A DNA stretch of 62,281 bases, filler included, from Collodictyon triciliatum (taxonomy: Eukaryota): the NCBI GenBank assembly GCA_043381765.1. It is 9 parts of 9 records of this genome, joined end to end, with 100 filler letters (N's around TTAATTAATTAA, not from the genome) between each part and the next. Parts side by side here need not be neighbours in the genome. Positions count along the whole stretch, not along the records: positions 52,105 to 59,420 come from JBHJMP010003956.1; positions 59,521 to 62,281 come from JBHJMP010004132.1; 7 more parts are not named here. One strand, given 5' to 3'. Below, in pieces: positions 58,501-62,281 of this stretch (position 1 is its first letter; every line of letters begins with the position of its first letter). A model generated the notes under the pieces. It was not told the origin of the DNA, did not search any database, and saw only the letters and a program-made list of their open reading frames with translations. A program made the position numbers and the translations under genes.

Positions 58501-59420
58501 ATAATTCCAAATTCGTATTGTTTTGTCGCTACCTCCTGATACGATTTTAGTTTTATCTGGGCTCAAACTAACGCTATTAACAGAACTTGTGTGACCTGAA
58601 ACTGTCAAAATCAAGCTGAAATCAGGAAAATTCCACATTTTAATAAATGCGTCTTCACTTGCAGAGAGAAATTTTGTTCCATCTGACACAATTGAAAAAC
58701 CGTTAATTGTAGCAAAATGTTCTGTATAAATGTGAATTGTCACTCCATTTGAATAATTCCAAATTCTTATTGTATTATCGTTGCTTCCAGAAATAATTTT
58801 TGAAGTATCTGGAGAAATGACAACTGTTTTGACGATTCCAGTATGTCCGCTGAATGTTCTTATCAAAGCTCCATCTGATATGCTGGTAAGTTTGATTGTT
58901 TTGTCGCTACTTCCAGAGACGATTTTCGTTCCATCTTGCGTGACGGAAATGCAATTTACTGAATCTGTATGTGCTTGAATATTTTGAACTACTGTTCCGT
59001 CGTTGATATTCCACACCTTAATTATTTTATCAGCACTTCCAGACACAATTTTTGAGCTATCAGGGGTCAAAGCTACACTGTTAACGATTCCAGTATGTCC
59101 GCTGAATGTTCTTATCAAAGCTCCATCTGATATGCTGGTAATTTTGATTGTTTTGTCGCTGCTTCCAGAGATGATTTTCGTTCCATCTTGCGTGATAGAA
59201 ATGCAATTTACGGAATCTGTGTGCACTTGAATATTTTGAACCATTCTTCCATCATCAATACTCCACACTTTGATTGTCTTGTCCACACTTCCGGAGACAA
59301 TTTTTGAACTGTCCGGGTTCACTGCCACTGCCTGTAAAACATCTGTATGCCCAGTTAATGAGCGAACTAAATCTCCATTATTCAAGTTCCAGATTCTTAT
59401 GATATTGTCTGAGTGCCCAG
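52580..59420 (-). CDS. Large intronless WD40 + Cys-rich (GCC2/GCC3, ephrin-receptor-like) + multi-TM protein, interrupted at 55304-55506; 5' end missing
   Basis: At least 13 WD40 repeats (GH..V..V...PD..KIVSGS.D.TI.IW), dozens of CxxCPxGT[FY]N units, and a C-terminal membrane domain (HYQVLSYL, YLKADMSIMC, FLVDGY..YWEVV). Two in-frame stops and one frameshift fall within one repeat unit. Confidence 0.85.
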
Positions 59421-59520
59421 NNNNNNNNNNNNNNNNNNNNNNNNNNNNNNNNNNNNNNNNNNNNTTAATTAATTAANNNNNNNNNNNNNNNNNNNNNNNN
59501 NNNNNNNNNNNNNNNNNNNN
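59421..59520. other. Artificial contig spacer
   Basis: N44-TTAATTAATTAA-N44. Confidence 0.98.
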
Positions 59521-59570
59521 AGAAAAAAAAAAGAAAAAAGAGGTTTCAAATGAATAGTATATTTCAAAAG

Positions 59571-59655
<85 letters not shown>

Positions 59656-59705
59656 AACAACAACAACAACAAAAAACTACGTGGCTTTAAAAAAGTAACG
59701 AGAAC

Positions 59706-59756
59706 CTTATTCATGACTTCAGGGTTTGCTTCCAAAGGCAACCAAGTCTTGACCAT
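59706..59756 (-). CDS. Exon 1 of a ubiquitin C-terminal hydrolase (peptidase C12, UCH-L3/Yuh1 type)
   Basis: MVKTWLPLEANPEVMNK followed by a GT donor. The intron contains (GTT)n and runs into the spacer. Confidence 0.88.
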
Positions 59757-60036
59757 TTCTACTCAACTGCCCTGTCTTAAAGCGGGGTTCTGGTGCGACA
59801 GGAAAGCGGTTGACAAGAGAAAGAAAAAAGCAAGCGAGGCACGGTGCAGAAGCAACGAGTTACTTCAAACTTTTTGGGTGGGACGTTACTCAACGAAACC
59901 ACTCTTCATAGCTCGTGATTGTGACACATGCGCAGGGTTCTGATTCGATCACCAGCCATCTCGATCTTCTGGCAGCTCCCGTCGCAGGGCGAACTGCCAA
60001 ATTATAATGCTGTGGGAGGAATGGAAAAATAATATC

Positions 60037-60118
60037 CGACACTGACAGGATTTGAACCTGTGCGGGCAGAGCCCAACAGATTTCTAGTCTGTCGCCTTAA
60101 CCGCTCGGCCACAGTGTC
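60037..60118 (-). tRNA. tRNA-Ser(AGA)
   Basis: GACACTGTGGCCGAGCGGTTAAGGCG-ACAGA CTAGAAA TCTGT-TGGGCTCTGCCCG-CACAGGTTCAAATCCTGT-CAGTGTCG: cloverleaf, long variable arm, T5 terminator at 60025-60029. Confidence 0.96.
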
Positions 60119-60829
60119 TTCATGTCGCAACGGGGGCAAGTAGTAATATACCATACATATTCTGAGAAACACACGAGTGAATTATACATTTTTTTTATTC
60201 TTCCTTTCAGTTTTGTGCAGGATGGTGGAGATGTTGGCTTTGGTTCGCTAGCCATTGTTTGCATGGATACTACACGAATGGATTATACATATACTCTTTT
60301 TTTTTTAAAAAAAAAAAAAATCTAATTAAAATTTATATCCGGTCAGATGGAATTAATTATTTACTGTGCACCACTTAACTCTTGGTCGTTAAAGACGAGA
60401 TCGTACAAGCAAAAGGCCCTCCATATCCCTCCAAAATCTTGGCCTCCACCCTATGTAATCGGTATCTACCCATTACCTCAACTTAGAGGTAGATTGGGAA
60501 GGGAGAGGCTGCATGTCTTAAACAATCTGTCTTTGGTGCCATTTAGCTCGTGCGGATTGGGTGGATGTGGCCGCCATCGGGTCTACAGCCACAGGTACAT
60601 CTGTTTGTGCCGTCTTCCTACAAACTTGTCACGTTCTCACACTTTTGCTTCTCTGTTGTTATAGCTTGTACTTTAAGTTTATCGCTCATCTTAAAATGTT
60701 TAGTCTGTTGGCGTGTGGGCTGCTGTGGCATGAGAATGAGAATTTTCAATAAATTCCAGAAATAGCTTTAATGATGTCAACATCCCAGAGAGATATGTCA
60801 TTCAGCAAATGTAATAAATACATGGCGGC

Positions 60830-61920
60830 ACCGACCAGCTCCATAAACCACGATTCAGTCAATAGATATGTCTCTTCTCAGAGCGCACTAATCTTTCGCC
60901 TTTTACTAAAGATTACCGTGGGAAGAGACAGTTTGTCTATAAGCCAATTTTTGTAGCCTGCAACAAACAGGCTTCCATAACATAGAAAGAAAATACCATT
61001 CATGGGCGATGCAAACGTTGCCCCGGTGAATATTGCCATTACAGGTAAACTGAGGTAGTCCTGGGAGGTTTGCGTCTCAGGGTTGTCCTTCAGGGAGTGC
61101 AAATTCCAAACTGGACAACCGATTTGCGATTATTTGTATGTATTCTCTCATCATTCGACTTAATTTCGATGCTGGGTGTTCTGAATACTGCATCTGTAGC
61201 TTCTATCATCACCATTTTTTTTTTGGATATACGCACATGATTTGTCAGCTTTGCCTAGGTTGTGTCTCATGCCCGGGGCTTTTCTTGGTGACACTACCGT
61301 CCCAGGAGATGATGTATGGTGGCACCGCTGTTTTTTTGCATGATGTTTCTTGGCGAGGTCTTTGAATCGAATAAAGGGAAAAAAAATAAGGTAGGGTTGC
61401 GTTACTGTAAGTCTATTGATGAAAAAGCTGTGAATCTGGTCGGGTCCAGTCGCTTTCCAGTCAGGTAGGGCTCATATCACTCCCATCCACGTTTCCTCTG
61501 TAACTCCACGAATCCCTCTTAATTGCTTATGGAAGTCCTGTGGGTCGCCCCGGTCTGATTTTCTTCCAGAGCCTCTACATAGCTTTTCCCAAAAACTCGA
61601 GGACTTTGTCTTCTCTGTTCTCCATCTCTGAGGCCACAAAGTTTTGCGCCTTGAGGTAATGTAGAACCTGGGTCTGTATGTCTCGAATATTTAGTTTTCT
61701 TTCAAAAATTCCCATATCTTGTTCGAGCTTTCAATGCGGCTTTGGAACTTTGCTATTCTTTCCTCATATCGGCCTCTTTTGCTTCGGGGGCCTTTGTTTG
61801 CTGTCAGTTTTCTACCTTCCACCCATGCAATATTTTTGATCTTTTGCTAGTGTTTATTGCCAATTCTTTGGTACCTGCTTTTAGGTCTAGGATGAGATGG
61901 TGTCCAGCAGATTTTGGTCA
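60830..61920 (-). mobile_element. Decayed, internally deleted RLE-type (R4/Dong-like) non-LTR retrotransposon
   Basis: N.IFETYRPRFY, KVLEF(W)EKL, LPDWKATGPDQIHSFFINRL (~61405-61472), then almost immediately RLE-like IISWDGSV (~61290-61313), QIGCP and LPVMAIFTGA. Many stops and frameshifts; boundaries approximate. Confidence 0.65.
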
Positions 61921-62000
61921 CGCTGACGCGCACAGAAAGAAGCCAAGAGAGCCAAGAAAAAAATATACATGTTGGACATACGCAGCGTCAAAAAGCATAC

Positions 62001-62082
62001 CGACACTGACAGGATTTGAACCTGTGCGGGCAGAACCCAACAGATTTCTAGTCTGTCGCCTTAACCGCTCGGCCACAGTGTC
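62001..62082 (-). tRNA. tRNA-Ser(AGA), second copy
   Basis: Identical to 60037-60118 except one variable-arm base (GGGTTCTGCCC). T5 terminator at 61990-61994. Confidence 0.96.
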
Positions 62083-62110
62083 TTCTAGATTCGATTTGGA
62101 AAATTAAAGA

Positions 62111-62281
62111 TTATAATAGCTCATTGTAGGTTATAATAGCTCATTGTAGGTTATAATAGCTCATTGTAGGTTATAATAGCTCATTGTAGGTTATAATAAC
62201 TCATTGTAGGTTATAATAACTCATTGTAGGTTATAATAACTCATTGTAGGTTATAGTAACTCATTGATGGTTATAGTAACT
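62111..62281. repeat. 20-mer minisatellite (TTATAATA[G/A]CTCATTGTAGG)n
   Basis: About 8.5 units to the window end, with variants appearing in blocks. Confidence 0.95.

Noticed and set aside
62111-62281. CRISPR-like array (also considered for 41144-41375 and 51047-51145)
   Set aside because: The first two are contiguous tandem units with no unique spacers. The third has only three degenerate units with similar linkers. No cas genes, eukaryotic context.

Overview
This is not one locus. It is nine unrelated contigs (eight of ~7.3 kb, the ninth cut by the window end) from an AT-rich, intron-rich, microsatellite-rich microbial eukaryote (species not identifiable here). They are joined by artificial 100-nt spacers (N44-TTAATTAATTAA-N44), so adjacency across spacers means nothing. 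The standard genetic code fits. Exons were spliced by hand and family calls come from remembered motifs, not database searches. Host genes: INTS6, two LRR proteins, a UBL-thioredoxin-PUB-(UIM) protein, a tandem pseudokinase, two paralogous type II membrane proteins, a divergent polyubiquitin fragment, an NHL-repeat protein, a DUF676 hydrolase, Rab11, a degenerate RasGAP-DEP-DUF547 protein, a CNNM transporter, a WD40/Cys-rich/multi-TM receptor-like gene, UCH exon 1 and two tRNA-Ser(AGA). Mobile DNA: a near full-length decayed Fanzor1 (eukaryotic TnpB-family nuclease) with a candidate omegaRNA region; several L1/Tx1-like relics; an R4-like retrotransposon relic between the two tRNAs; and the end of a virus-like insert. 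That insert carries a perfect 42-bp palindrome, phased repeats, a nested stem-loop, an ORFan and a NUMOD4-HNH endonuclease. The best leads are the Fanzor locus and the virus-like terminus.
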